The translations under genes were made by a program, and so were the position numbers. From positions 1,488,001-1,552,000 of the forward strand of contig OX337239.1 of NCBI GenBank assembly GCA_946965045.2: a DNA stretch of 64,000 bases, in the 5' to 3' direction. Below are positions 11,476 to 23,691 of this stretch, piece by piece. The notes under the pieces are model-generated. The model did not search any database and was not told where the DNA came from. It saw only the letters and a list, made by a program, of their open reading frames with translations. Each line of letters starts with the position of its first letter. Positions within the stretch are counted from its first letter, which is position 1. The stretch comes from Epithemia pelagica (lineage: Eukaryota > Protista > Bacillariophyta).

Positions 11476-13587
11476 TAGCGTAGGACGTTGATCGGTGTGG
11501 GGTCAAGTTACCACTTTAATCAAGGTTCCTACGTCTCTTCTAAGTCAAGTAGATCAATGGCTATTATGGGGTCAAAGTTCTATGATAATCACTTTGTTTG
11601 AATGGAGTGAGCCTGTGCTCGATGCGAGCTCGACATCCAACTCATTGGACCAAGTTCCTCCCGAGCGAGTCGTCGTCGTCGTCTTGTCCATCTCCCAAGA
11701 TTTTTGAGTGACGAGTCAACAAAAGGTACGCCAACTGGAGTTTTCGTTGCTATGAAAATTAGAATATTTGAGAAGATCCGCACAAAACATTTTTCTGTCG
11801 GAAAGCAACAGCTCTTCCAGTCAAGAATTCCCCCGGCCCATCAAGTTGAAGGTTGCAACCATGCATCCGCATGCTATCCAAGTTACAAGGCCGTTCGCCC
11901 TTCCAATGTGGAATGTGACCAGGACGTCATTTTCAGAAATGGCCCGTGCCTCAAACTTATTGAAAACAGATTTGTCATGGTCTCTGTCAAGGAGGATACT
12001 CTTCTTTTCCTATCAAGCCAACCGTGGCGTTCTCGGACGTCGAACTGCCTGAAACAATGTGAAAAGGTAACTCTTCTCCAAAAGACTTCACCATTTCCGT
12101 AGGCAATAGCGACCTTGGTTCATTTGCGGCTCAAGGGAAATGTCATCGTTTGCCATGGAGCAATACCAAATGGCTAAAGCCTTCGGGTGGAAAATCCTTG
12201 GTCCAACAAAAAGCTTATCGTTGACCGTGAAAGCATCACAGGCGAGAACCACCAGAACCGTCTCTCACCCAGTGAGGTCGCGCTTCTTTCAACGGAGTGC
12301 CCTCCAAAATCAAGAAAGAGATGGAACTTTCTAGCAACAACGTATCGTATCGTCCACTGGATTGAGTAGACACTTCTATACCTTCCATAATAATGCCTTT
12401 GGCGTTTTGGGAACCAATTGCGGACCCTCGTAGACTAATCGTCAACTCAACTCAGCTTTCCACGCAAACCTCATGCTTCTTTCCTACCTTTGCGCTACGT
12501 CCTTCACGGGATGAGATAGAACATTGAGAGCTTGTGGGAGACGTTTTCCCTGTCGCTGTCGATGGTCATCATTGGTACGGATTGTGTTATCTTTTTGACG
12601 TTTTGTGGGGCCAAGAGCCAATGCGTCGTTGTCAGTCGTCATCGTCAATCGTCATGTACAGCGTAGGATCGGAACTCGGAACCTAAACAATTGTTTGACG
12701 TCAGCGACCATGCGACATGCGACTCGCATGACCCGGCCGGGTATCCATCCTGCGGGTATCGAAATCGGGGAATCGGAAAACTCGGGGATTCGATGTGTCA
12801 GAACAATGGCATTGGCAATTGGCATCGACTATCGACTGCCCTAATCCAGTTGTTCGTGCCGAAGAACAGATCTATCCTCGATGATTCAAAGCTGGATGCA
12901 GTGGATTCCTCAGGAAACTGGACGAAACCTCGGATTCCAACTGAACTTCTGTACAGCCCTTTTGAGGACTTCCTGAGGGACGTTCACATTCACATAGGTG
13001 GCCCGCACATGTCTTCGGAGGAATGATGATCCTCGCTGATCCATGGCTCAAAACTCTGTAACTGATAAGCATGAGTTCCTTCAATGTGTTCTCCAGATCA
13101 TCGAACTCACAGCAAAACGGTAGCTACTTCCTGGAGAAGGACTTTTCAAATGAGCTGAACACCGTCTTCACCGCTCCCCGTGGAGTTTCAGTCAAGTGGA
13201 CCCTCAGGCCCAGGGCCCGCATGCCTCCTCCCATTCTCAAGGAAGAAAACCGTTATGGACTCAACCTTGTCTTTCAGGCAGCGCAAAACGGTGGACTAGT
13301 ATTCCAGAGTTTCCACGATATCAACATCCCTATGGATTGGATGCGCATACCTGATGTGCGTCTGTCGGAGATGCTCCTCCGTTCAAGGGTGGCGGCGTAT
13401 AGACACGTATTCCCTGCTTGCACCATGGCTCTAGTGGGCCGCAACTCCATATAAAAAAAACAGGGAAGCACACGCATTCGGCTAAAACATAAAAACGTGC
13501 TTCTGCGCACTTCAAGAGACTGTTCCTCTACTTCTATGTATACATTTCGGGTGGGACCATGGTCGCTTAGTCCTACTATTGAGCGGG

Positions 13588-14427
13588 TCATTCATGTTGT
13601 CGTGGAGCCAACTCATCCAAATTGCCTTGAGCATTGTGATCAAAGATGGATCCTTTCTGAATACGAAAAGATGTAAATTTGACATGGCCCCCTTGTTGGT
13701 CTTCGGGGCAACATCCAAAGACACCGGCCCACATGGAGTCGGATGTCGGACCTTGCTGCATTTTGTTTCTTGCAGCTGTTGAGTCAATTGGACTTGTGGT
13801 AGAAGCCGCTGGATCCTGACTGGTGGCTACAATCGTATCACTGAGATTTGCGATTCTGATGAATTCCCAAGTTTCGCTGGAAAGATCTGTATCCTCCGAT
13901 TTCCTTGTTCCATACTGGGCTTCCACCACAATACTTGTCCCTCGACAATGTACTCGAATGCTACAATCCACCTTTTGGAATGATTTGTTTGCCCAACTTT
14001 CATTGGTTCCGCTGTCGATTGTTGTCTTCTCAGAGGGCCATGGTTGTGTGGACCAATCGCTGTACACATTGGTAACAACACAAGACAATCGAGCCGTGTG
14101 ATCCACTACTTCAATGCCCGTTTTAATCCAATGTTCCCTGTCCAAGCGAATCATCAATCCGGCTTGATCAAACTGACAAACAGCATATAACATAAAGCAC
14201 GTTTCAATTGTGTAGTATTCAGTTCGAAGTAAGGTTGCATACAAGAGGCAACCGTCGTCCTTGACAAGCAGTGGTTCGTAGTACGTAAGACGCCAATAGT
14301 CCTTTTTGGCCGCTGGAAAAAGAACTAAGGACGACGAAATCGGTTCGACATGCCATTTGCCATCACGACCCTCACGTTTCGATTCTTCTGCTGGCGTTGT
14401 ATCCCAAGAATCGGGGGCACAAAACAC
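13588..14427 (-). CDS. DUF1349 / Ree1-like concanavalin-fold protein (5' exon unresolved)
   Basis: KKDYWRLTYY...KDDG, QFDQAGLMIRLDREHWIKTGIE, LSCVVTNVYSDWSTQPW, WAGVFGCCPE match the DUF1349 pattern. No in-frame ATG at the ORF start; a GTAAGC donor near 14500 suggests an intron. Confidence 0.85.
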   Translation of the reverse strand: MFCAPDSWDTTPAEESKREGRDGKWHVEPISSSLVLFPAAKKDYWRLTYYEPLLVKDDGCLLYATLLRTEYYTIETCFMLYAVCQFDQAGLMIRLDREHWIKTGIEVVDHTARLSCVVTNVYSDWSTQPWPSEKTTIDSGTNESWANKSFQKVDCSIRVHCRGTSIVVEAQYGTRKSEDTDLSSETWEFIRIANLSDTIVATSQDPAASTTSPIDSTAARNKMQQGPTSDSMWAGVFGCCPEDQQGGHVKFTSFRIQKGSIFDHNAQGNLDELAPRQHE

Positions 14428-14832
14428 TGAAGTGGTGCCTCAGGACTAGAAGGTCCTGCAATAGTTCCTTCAAAGCCAGACACTACGACCGTCATGCTTA
14501 CTCAAAAATTGAAATTGGGTCGTCGTGCTCCTTGCCAATGTTCGGATCTCTTTGATGGTCCTCACAGCTTTACGCCTTCCTGTCCGTCTTTGTTGCTGAA
14601 GCTTCGACTTTCTCTACTGTTCTCCACCAGGAACTAAGATTGAGTTCCGTTTGATGAACACATTCAAGAAGAAGATCTTCTTTTGCGAGGTGGAAAGATC
14701 TTTCGGGGAACGAATGATCGTATGCGACTGGAATAATGATCAGGTCGCTCATAGGTCTCAGAAACTCCCTGACGCACCATTGCGAATCAAAGAATCAACA
14801 GCCAACAGATCAGAAAAAGATCAGTCTCTCTA

Positions 14833-16533
14833 ATGGGCACCATGTATCCTACGAGAAGAATGTCGTGCTGGTCTGTTTATGTCATGGGAGCAGCCTTCTC
14901 CCTGCTCTTTTGGACTCCACTGGTTGCCATTGCGTTTTCATGGCCCTCACCATCGTCTGGCCCTGGATGTCATGTCACATTCGCTACAGCTAATGGCCAT
15001 GCATCCAGTCCGTCGACAGTATCAACGGAAACAACCCTGGATTCAGAGAAGGAGGAGAACGAACAACGAGCAGCTCCCATACCTTCCTCTGATTTGCAAG
15101 TCCTTCAAGAGTGGGACCCAGACGTGGCACAGTTGATTGGTATGGAAGAAGATCGGCAACGACGTGGTTTGGAGTTGATTGCCTCGGAAAACTTTTGCTC
15201 CCTGGCAGTGAGAGAGGCTTTGGGAAGTTGCCTTACGAACAAGTACAGTGAAGGGCGAGTCGGCGCTCGTTATTACGGTGGGAATGAGTACATTGATGCC
15301 ATGGAGCAACTTTGTATGGATCGTGCCTTGGAGTTGTATGGATTGTCTAGTGAAGAATGGTGTGTGAATGTGCAACCCTACTCTGGTTCACCGGCCAATT
15401 TCGCAGTGTACACAGCCCTATTAGAACCACACGATCGTCTCATGGGCTTGGATTTACCTTCAGGAGGCCATTTGACTCATGGCTTTGTCAGCCCTACGGG
15501 TCGGAAAGTATCGGCAACATCCATTTACTTTGAATCCATCCCCTACGTTGTCAATCCTGATACTGGATTAATTGATTACGAAGATTTGGAGTATAGGGCT
15601 CAATTGGTTCGACCCAAGTTGCTGATTGCTGGTGCGTCGGCTTATCCAAGAGAATGGGATTATGTCCGTATGCGAGAAATTGCCGATTCGGTACAAGCCA
15701 TTTTTATGGTGGATATGGCTCACATTTCTGGTTTGGTGGCCGGAGGCGAAGTCAACTCTCCTTTTATCCATGCCGATGTAGTAACCACGACAACCCACAA
15801 ATCATTACGGGGACCACGGGCCGGTATGATTTTTGCCAAGAAACAGTTCATGGAGGCCATAGATCAGGCAGTTTTCCCGGCCCTACAAGGTGGTCCCCAC
15901 AATCATCAAATTGCCGCCTTGGCAGTCGCCCTACGAGAAGCCCAAATGCCAGAGTTTAAAAACTATGCAAAGGATATCGTGGATAATGCCAAAGCCTTGG
16001 CGAAAGCATTGCAGGAACGATATGGACATACGTTGGCGACGGGAGGGACGGACAATCACTTGTTGTTATGGGATGTTCGACCTTTTGGCTTGACAGGATC
16101 AAAGGTGGAGTATGTCTTGGAACAAGTAGATATAACTGCCAACAAAAATGCACTACCGGGTGACCGCTCGGCTCTGCACCCTGGAGGGATCCGATTGGGC
16201 ACACCGGCACTCACCACGCGAGGCATGAAGGCAATGGAAATGGAAAAGGTGGCCGAGTTCCTGCATCGAGCTTGTCAGATATCAATTGACATACAACAAC
16301 AAGCACTTGACCAGAAAGTGGCAGAGCTCCAGGACAGCAGCAATGCTGCAGTAAAGGAGACGGGATCAGTGTCAAGTAAACCCAAAGTCTTGCTCAAAGA
16401 CTTCAAAGCAATGCTGCGCAATGATGAATCCTTCCAAACCAAGCTAGATGATCTGAAAACAGAAGTGCAAAGTTTTGCCCTACGGTTTCCAATGCCGGGT
16501 GATGATGGCCGCACTCCTAGTATAGATCGATGA
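14833..16533 (+). CDS. SHMT: Serine hydroxymethyltransferase, predicted plastid-targeted
   Basis: [16 protein letters not shown]...[41 protein letters not shown] (PLP Lys), [11 protein letters not shown]. Signal peptide ends AIA|F and is followed by a Ser/Thr-rich transit peptide. Confidence 0.97.
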   Translation: MGTMYPTRRMSCWSVYVMGAAFSLLFWTPLVAIAFSWPSPSSGPGCHVTFATANGHASSPSTVSTETTLDSEKEENEQRAAPIPSSDLQVLQEWDPDVAQLIGMEEDRQRRGLELIASENFCSLAVREALGSCLTNKYSEGRVGARYYGGNEYIDAMEQLCMDRALELYGLSSEEWCVNVQPYSGSPANFAVYTALLEPHDRLMGLDLPSGGHLTHGFVSPTGRKVSATSIYFESIPYVVNPDTGLIDYEDLEYRAQLVRPKLLIAGASAYPREWDYVRMREIADSVQAIFMVDMAHISGLVAGGEVNSPFIHADVVTTTTHKSLRGPRAGMIFAKKQFMEAIDQAVFPALQGGPHNHQIAALAVALREAQMPEFKNYAKDIVDNAKALAKALQERYGHTLATGGTDNHLLLWDVRPFGLTGSKVEYVLEQVDITANKNALPGDRSALHPGGIRLGTPALTTRGMKAMEMEKVAEFLHRACQISIDIQQQALDQKVAELQDSSNAAVKETGSVSSKPKVLLKDFKAMLRNDESFQTKLDDLKTEVQSFALRFPMPGDDGRTPSIDR

Positions 16534-19208
16534 CGACACTAAGTTGCGTTGCCTTGTTAACACTATCTTCTCTCTTGCCGTTCATTGTGGGTAGGAGTAC
16601 GGTGGGATAACCCGGAGGTCGAGTTTTCTGCGTGACACGCGATCCGATAACGAGATGATAGTCCAACTCCCTCCGACCATGGCCGAGGATATACGGGGAA
16701 TGGATCTGAAAGTGTCAGCCCGGAATTGTATCACTGTTGAAGTTCTGTCCTGGGATCAAAAGGGTTTTTAATGGAATGCAGGTATGAAAAACCGGTAAAA
16801 TTAGAAGGCGCTCGTTGTTTGTGTCATATGTCATATCGAAAGTCGCACTCTCGCATCATTTTCTCACGACGCTCTGTTGGTTGTAAGTATCTTGTACAAA
16901 TTGCCCAGTGACAGGCATTGATTTTTGGGTACCATGGACTTTTCTCGGAACTCTTGGAAGAAGGAAACCCTTGACAATCAGTTGAAAAGCAACAACTACC
17001 ATCGGCGAGGGAAACGCATTGCAAAAGTTGCCTTTGCGCAAGGATCACGATGGATGAGTTCACGTATTCGGTCAGAACAAGTTGAAGGGAGTCCAATAGG
17101 CCTGTAGGAAGGGACAAACACATGCAACATTGTCTCGCTTATCCCTCTCATTGTCGTCAGGCCCAAGTGAAAGTCCTTTCATACGAGGTTGCATGAGCCT
17201 GTCGAACACCATATGTGGTTTCTAGGGCCCCCACTTACATTCATCAACGGAGAAAAGGCTTCATGGAAAGCTTTCCGTGTCACCAAACTTTTCATGCTAT
17301 CAACCTTGTTAGATGAGAACACCACAACAGTCCATTATCTAAGTCATTTCCTCCAACCGCCATACGACGAGCACTTATTCTTGGGTTCACTCTCGAACTT
17401 GAACTCTGAAAAATGGATGATTTTCCTTCTTGATTCCCGGTATGATCGAACATGCTTTGTTTTATTGCCGCTGTCGCCGTAGGACAACATCGCGAAGGAC
17501 CGTATCGGATGGCAATGATTGACTGATCACATTTGGTCGGCGTCTCCCCGTCATGCATGGACAAACACTCCTCAACGCCCTATATCGACGCTTCTTTCCT
17601 GTCCCTTGGTACGGTGAATCCCAAGAGCACAAACCAACATGACGGTTGCAGTCCGGAGTCCGGACCAAGCCAGTTTTTATGCAACACTCTTGGTGGCACT
17701 ACTTGACCGAATTCCCAAGTACAGCCAGACATGTTGCCTTGTCTGGAGATTATGTCGAAAAGGGCGTCAAGATCAGTCGACAGGGAATACACATTTCTTG
17801 GTTCACACTGGCGAATATGCCCGTCACCTGAACTTGCTGTCAAGTTAGAAGTTTGCAGCACACAATGGATCTTTGCTACGTTGGGGACAAGAAAGTACGA
17901 CGAACGGGTAACAATGTATGATGAGCTAAAGAACAGTTGTGCATATCGCATTGAAATGGTTGGGCCCGATGTTCATGTGGTACATTTGGTTTTGAGAAGG
18001 GCTGCGTTCTTACGATTCTTCATGGAGCAAAATGCCAGTGTTATGTCGGAAATGCACGGAGGAGACCTCAACAAGCTCAACTTTTTGTTTCGTGACGTCG
18101 ACATGGTCCCTTTGCGGGGTAAAGATGAGAAAAGCAGAACAGCCGATGGGCAAATTTGGGGTAAAGATAAGGAGGACAGTCAGTGAGTCTCTCGTTCCGT
18201 ATGATAAAGCGCTTCACTACAAGGTTCATTGATTGTCATCTTCGTCATTGGTAAAGCCGGTGGTCGACTTTTGGGGGAGCACGAGGGAGACAGTGGGTTT
18301 TCATGTCGTATGATAATATGGTGCTTCAATACAAGTTCCAGTCATTATCGTCTTTGTTGTTGGTAAAGCAGAAGTCGAGTAAGGTTACCGCAGCAACCGC
18401 AACGGTGACTCCACCCGAGTACTCACCTGGTTCGTCAATTCTGGATGGTACGTCACTTGGAACGCTCTGTGTATTGGGCAAGTGAAATGTACGATAGGGT
18501 GATTTGGTGTTCCGGTCCAATAGCCTCAAGGCAGTTTTCTCAGCCGTATTTTGTCACGACTTCGTCGTATTCTCCAAACACGTGTCTTCACTCAACGGAA
18601 CGAGGCCAATTGGTTTCCAGTTGTTTGGAGGATATATTTCTTCATGCCGTGGACTCACTGCTTCTCTTCTGGTGATACGACGTTATCACTTTCACAACAA
18701 TCGGGATTATATGCATGCTTTCCCGAAAGGCGAAGAACAACCTTGTATTAGTTCATATGAACTATGAACCCAAGAAACAGTTTCTTCATCAAATTGGTTG
18801 ATGGTTTGGTGGTGACGACCAGATATATGTCGAGCTCACCGGTTGTTACAAGTGGAGTTATGCAGTATACATGTGCCCTCTTGACCTCTCAACCTCTGCA
18901 TAGATTCAAGTAATCCCGATGGTGCCATTGTCTCTTGCTCTCGGTATCACCTTCCGAACGCGAAAAATACATTACGCATGTTTTACTTGCCGCGTCTTCT
19001 CACCCTACGAAAAGGCATTGCAGTGAAATTGAGATAGCACTCATTGGTGTTGTTCCTTTCCAAAATCATATTACCTTCGGGACTGATTGTCGGTCCTTGG
19101 GACGAGGGACGCATAGTCACAAGACTTGTAGAAGTGGTGTGCATTTTCACTGAATGCCAGCATCACGGGCAGAGAGAAGAACATATTTAACAATCTCACT
19201 ATCTCCTG

Positions 19209-19280
19209 CATTACAGTGGTGCAGGATCCTAATCTTGGCTTTTACATTACAGTGGTACAGGATCTTCATCTTGGCTTGTG
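19209..19280. repeat. 36-bp imperfect tandem duplication (2 copies)
   Basis: cattacagtggtgcaggatcctaatcttggctttta / cattacagtggtacaggatcttcatcttggcttgtg. Confidence 0.85.
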
Positions 19281-20890
19281 ATCTTCCCCAACGCACTAGC
19301 CCGAGTTTGGACATTGAACATGTTCATGCACAATGGATGACCTCCCCCCATTGATTGGCATTTCCCCCCAACATACTGCTACGGTCCTAGGCCCTGGTCG
19401 TGGTGGCTCATGTCTTTTCCCCTTTGTTTACTCATATGGATTGCCTTTTTTTGGCATTCATCAAAACACACGGAACGGGCTGACAACTCTTCGCATCATG
19501 GCTACTGGAGTTCGCTCGGTTCTCCCCAAGTTTTGGGTTTGACAATTGTCACATGAATCATGGAGATGACCCACCCGCTCCGCTGGTCTCGAAAGATATG
19601 GATCTTGGTCGGGATTTCCCTGCAGGATGGACAGGCAATTTATTGGAGTACTTTTTATTTGGCTCGCATGGGCCACGCTTCCCTGTATGGGATTCCCTGG
19701 GAAAGCTGGGCTGGCAGGGGGGATAATGGATGAAAGCATTTGCCGTGGAAAAACTTTGGTGGTCGTCGTGGATCACGTCGCTACAGTATAGAGGCTGAAT
19801 GGACAATTGATGCCGATTCTGTCAAACGAAGCATGTGGAGAAGTACTCTCTTTTCAATGGATGTCCAAGAATCCAATAATTGTACCCTCATTATCTTCTG
19901 GGCATTGCAATGTTAAAGGATCCACGATCGGAAGAAATTTGCTGGTAGTGATGTCAGCTTTTAGTGCTATGGAATGACTTGTTGTCTGGGACACTCTCCC
20001 CTAGCTGGCACGATACACTTGCGTCTGTGAAAGCATTATAGTTCTCATCGATTGCTCGAAAGTTCACATTCCAACAAAGTCACTAGAGGTCCTCCTTTGA
20101 TTGTTCATTCAATAACTCTGCTGTTATGTCGATGCCAATGCTATGATATTTGGTGATTTACGGATCAGTAAGATCTTTCACTTATGCTACGTACTCATTT
20201 CTCGACAAACTGTAGTAATATCCAGGGCAGACCGTTTCATGGAACTTTTCCTTTAGTCGTCCATCTTGCTCATACTTGTCGTCACAATGCCAGAATGAAA
20301 AAGACCAGATTGAGACGGACAAATGCACTTGTGATCTGCTAACAGGAGCTAGCCGTGGCAAGAACAGAAACATTACACTGTCGGGTGGGCCATATGAATT
20401 AGAACCTGATTCACACCACGCTGGATTGACTAGGGAGGTCTCGGCTGGGATGACAGTGTATGGCATCCTTGGCGGCACACGTTTCTGTTCGAAAACAATT
20501 ACATCTCACTTGCAGAGAAGATGTCTCTGGAAAGCAAGCTTCTTGAGTGCAAGGGAATTTCCCCCGAGAAATCTTCATGTGACAAAACGGACAAGCAGTT
20601 CTCGTTGTGCAATTCAGTTTTGCCGATCTTCTTCATCTATCATTCATGACGATTGGGATTGGGGTCTTACTTCTGTGCCAAAGGTCTTGTGGAACATAGG
20701 ATGTATACATAACCTTTCACTCTCGTAGAATTTTTTTGCCTGGCTCCGTCATCTCACCGTCGAAAACACAACATTGGTTTGAATTCCCCAAGACAAAATG
20801 ACCATTCCCTCCGACAAAAATAAGCTGATCAAGCTCCAGGATATATTCGTCCGAGCCAAAAATCATGTCGACGGTCGATCAACTAGACTT

Positions 20891-21496
20891 TTACGTTGTC
20901 TTTGCCATGACGTTCATTACTTGTTTCATAGCGTTGGCCAAGGCAGCCCGCTCCTCCATGCATATCACTAGCGGTCCATAACGCTGCTGGCGCTCTTCAA
21001 GTGTCAGCGACAGTGTCTCAAGAGTTTGTGTGGCGAGGCGTACCATGGCAATCGACACATGATCACCCTCGAGCCCCTCGTTGCCGGTCGTCGTCGTCAG
21101 TGTGTCGGCGACGGCCACTGACGACGGGGTTCCCGTAGCATTCTCTGCTTGCTTAACATTTAAGGTTGTCGCCTTTTGTGCCGTCTTCCAGGTTTCAACG
21201 GCTTCCATCTGAGCTGCTTGTGCATCCCTTGACTTTTGTCTGTTCTCCCAACCGAGTGGTGGAGAGATTGACGTAGTTGCCGACATGTTGTGGTCGTCGT
21301 CTTGTTTGGTCTGATTGCGATAAAACTCTCGCACTTGGTCACTGGTCTTGTAACCCTGGATTTGACCTTTAGCTCCAACGTCGTCCGAATAGGCATTCCG
21401 AGCTTTGGAAAATCTTGTGGCCGCAACGCCTCCCAGCGCCATGTCTTTTTCCGACATTTGATTGGTCCGATCCTCCCATCCGATTGGTAGGCTCAT
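20891..21496 (-). CDS. Hypothetical ~200-aa protein with two P-x-GWE-x-R motifs
   Basis: First ATG at 21496 (MSLPIGWEDR). Second motif PPLGWENR. Helical C-terminus. No family recognised. Confidence 0.6.
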   Translation of the reverse strand: MSLPIGWEDRTNQMSEKDMALGGVAATRFSKARNAYSDDVGAKGQIQGYKTSDQVREFYRNQTKQDDDHNMSATTSISPPLGWENRQKSRDAQAAQMEAVETWKTAQKATTLNVKQAENATGTPSSVAVADTLTTTTGNEGLEGDHVSIAMVRLATQTLETLSLTLEERQQRYGPLVICMEERAALANAMKQVMNVMAKTT

Positions 21497-23141
21497 AATG
21501 AATGATGGTATCTTGAAAACACACAAGTTCTTGTTCTCTATAGAACAAGGCTTTTGATTGATGTTGGGACTCGATGCTGGGACTCCAAAGTAGTAGGTGT
21601 AGCTCTGTTGTTGCTCCTCTCCTTTCTTGGTGAGCTTCGTCGAAGTTGACGGCGGCAACAGAATGAAGAATTCAACGCGCTTCTCTCCTAAAAACAACCA
21701 CGCTTTCTTCCCCCACACATCGGAAGTGGTAAATGCGACTGGGATGTGTGACCAGCCTTTCCGAGACAGTCAGAAAACTTTTCGGAAACGCAATGTCGCA
21801 CGATGTAAACCAATGTAGAAGCCTTAGTAGTCGTTGCTTGAAGGAGTAGAAGTACGTGTATCCTCAGTTCCCGAAAATGCATGGCGAACCAATGCGAATG
21901 CGACAATCGCCCTTCCCAAGGAATCTGAAATACTTAAGAGGTTCCCATTCGTATCCTCCCACGTCGCCGTCGCAAAAGACGTTGATTACCGCTTCTCCAA
22001 GTCTATGATACACAAGATACCCTCCGACTAGGTGTCCGCTTCTTAGCCGTCCGGCCGCTCTCCGCGACCAATCATTTTCATTTTCTTTTTTTTTCGTTTA
22101 TCAAGAAAATTTCTGGTTAAAATGAAAATGAGCACGCCGGCCTTCTGGATCACCCTTTCGAAATCTTGTGAGCAGACGTGCGCGCTTTGACCGTTGGTCT
22201 TCCCTTTTCCCTTTCCTTCCAATTCCAACTCCTCACAAATTTTGTTACTTCGTCTTTTCTCTTTTCGGTGTTTGTCATGGACATGCACCATGAACATGCA
22301 TTCTCCATCATTTGCGTATCACTGACATTCGACATGCAAAGGCCATAGATAGTGTTTGGCTGTGCCCCCTTCCCTCCTTTTTCTAGTGTTCTTTGTTCTC
22401 GTGTAGTTCTCGGTTTAAAAGCACACCTTCATCCACATCTGCACACCTTGTTTGTCTATGCCGTAGGCTTGTCTCTTTGCAAGCAAATGAGCTTTACCTA
22501 CTACTACCTCTTTTAGAATGACTCTCTTCCTGCTTGTGTCATGGAGCATGCAGAGTCCCCCATGCTGCTGAGAAACACAGGGGATACTCCGGGCAAAAAA
22601 AAACGACCAAGAGGAGGAAGTCGACAACACAAGACACTACAAAGACTCAAACTGAGCAACAGATGAGAAAGGGATGGTTTGCTTCACTAATCCTATCTCA
22701 CAGAGGTTTAAAATTCTACTCCTACGAATGAAATACAACACGAATCCTACATTTGATTTTAGCTGCCGCCCATTGAACATTGAATGGACCAAAAATGGAT
22801 GTTGTACGGCACAAGCACTTGACAGTGTGGCAAAGAAGTGAGAACCTAACCCAAACCATGGTCCATTACACTGCAGGGATTAGGCCTTCCGGAACTTACC
22901 ATGCTGACAAAGATGACATGCTCAGTGCTCAGTAGCAAATCATGAGGCCGTTTTGGGGTTTGGTTTGATGTTCTTGTCTCATTTTGTTGCGGCGTCGATT
23001 TTATGACTCCTGACAGAACAGGAATATTTTGAGTCTTGTTGAGCAGAGCGCCTGCCAACTTCCAACTGCCAAATCACGCCAGCCTCTTCTAACGGAAGTC
23101 AGATTTTTTTCTGGCGGAGATGGAGTTTTTGGTGAGCGGGA

Positions 23142-23176
23142 CAGACCACTAAAGAGTTGACAGGCAGACCACTAAA
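23142..23176. repeat. 12-bp direct repeat CAGACCACTAAA (x2)
   Basis: Exact copies at 23142-23153 and 23165-23176. Confidence 0.7.
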
Positions 23177-23255
23177 AAGCGGACATCTAGTCGGTGCCAT
23201 CTAGTGTAGATCACGAGTGCTTTGGAGTTGCTCCCATCCACCAGTTTTGAGGGGA

Positions 23256-23333
23256 GAGGGTGACGTGAACATGACGTCAAAACCTTGGAGGGTGACGTGA
23301 ACATGACGTCAAAACCTTGTTTTGATCTGACGT
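23256..23333. promoter_or_regulatory. Perfect 32-bp tandem duplication carrying a TGACGT cluster upstream of ATPase copy B
   Basis: gagggtgacgtgaacatgacgtcaaaaccttg x2 (23256-23287, 23288-23319). TGACGT at 23261, 23272, 23293, 23304, 23328; two are full TGACGTCA palindromes. The repeat is certain; the regulatory role is inferred. Confidence 0.6.
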
Positions 23334-23691
23334 TTTGCAGTAGCTCTTCTACTCGTCATATTGTATTCCCACGCTTCACATTTTGTGTGGAGCCAGGCGC
23401 GTCGGTCGACGCTACCCTAGCGGGTGCGCGCGGCAGCGTTAAAATAGATTGTACTTTTTTATAGCTCGCCGCCTGGTTGTATGGGTTGAACAATGCAAAG
23501 AGCTCTTCGACTGGAAACAACCCATCTCTCGGAATACGGAAACAACCGGTAGAGACACGCACCGTTACATCATGATGGAGTACGCTTCGTCTCGTCCTCG
23601 GCTCGACCCGGTCCAATTCCAGTCTCCTTGTTGCTCTCATAATTTTTGACTCGAACCAAGTCGCTGACTAGTAGAGTGAAGAAGAATCAAC

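Noticed and set aside
23256-23319. Direct repeats as a possible CRISPR array
   Set aside because: Two abutting copies with no spacer, in a eukaryotic nuclear context, with no cas genes.
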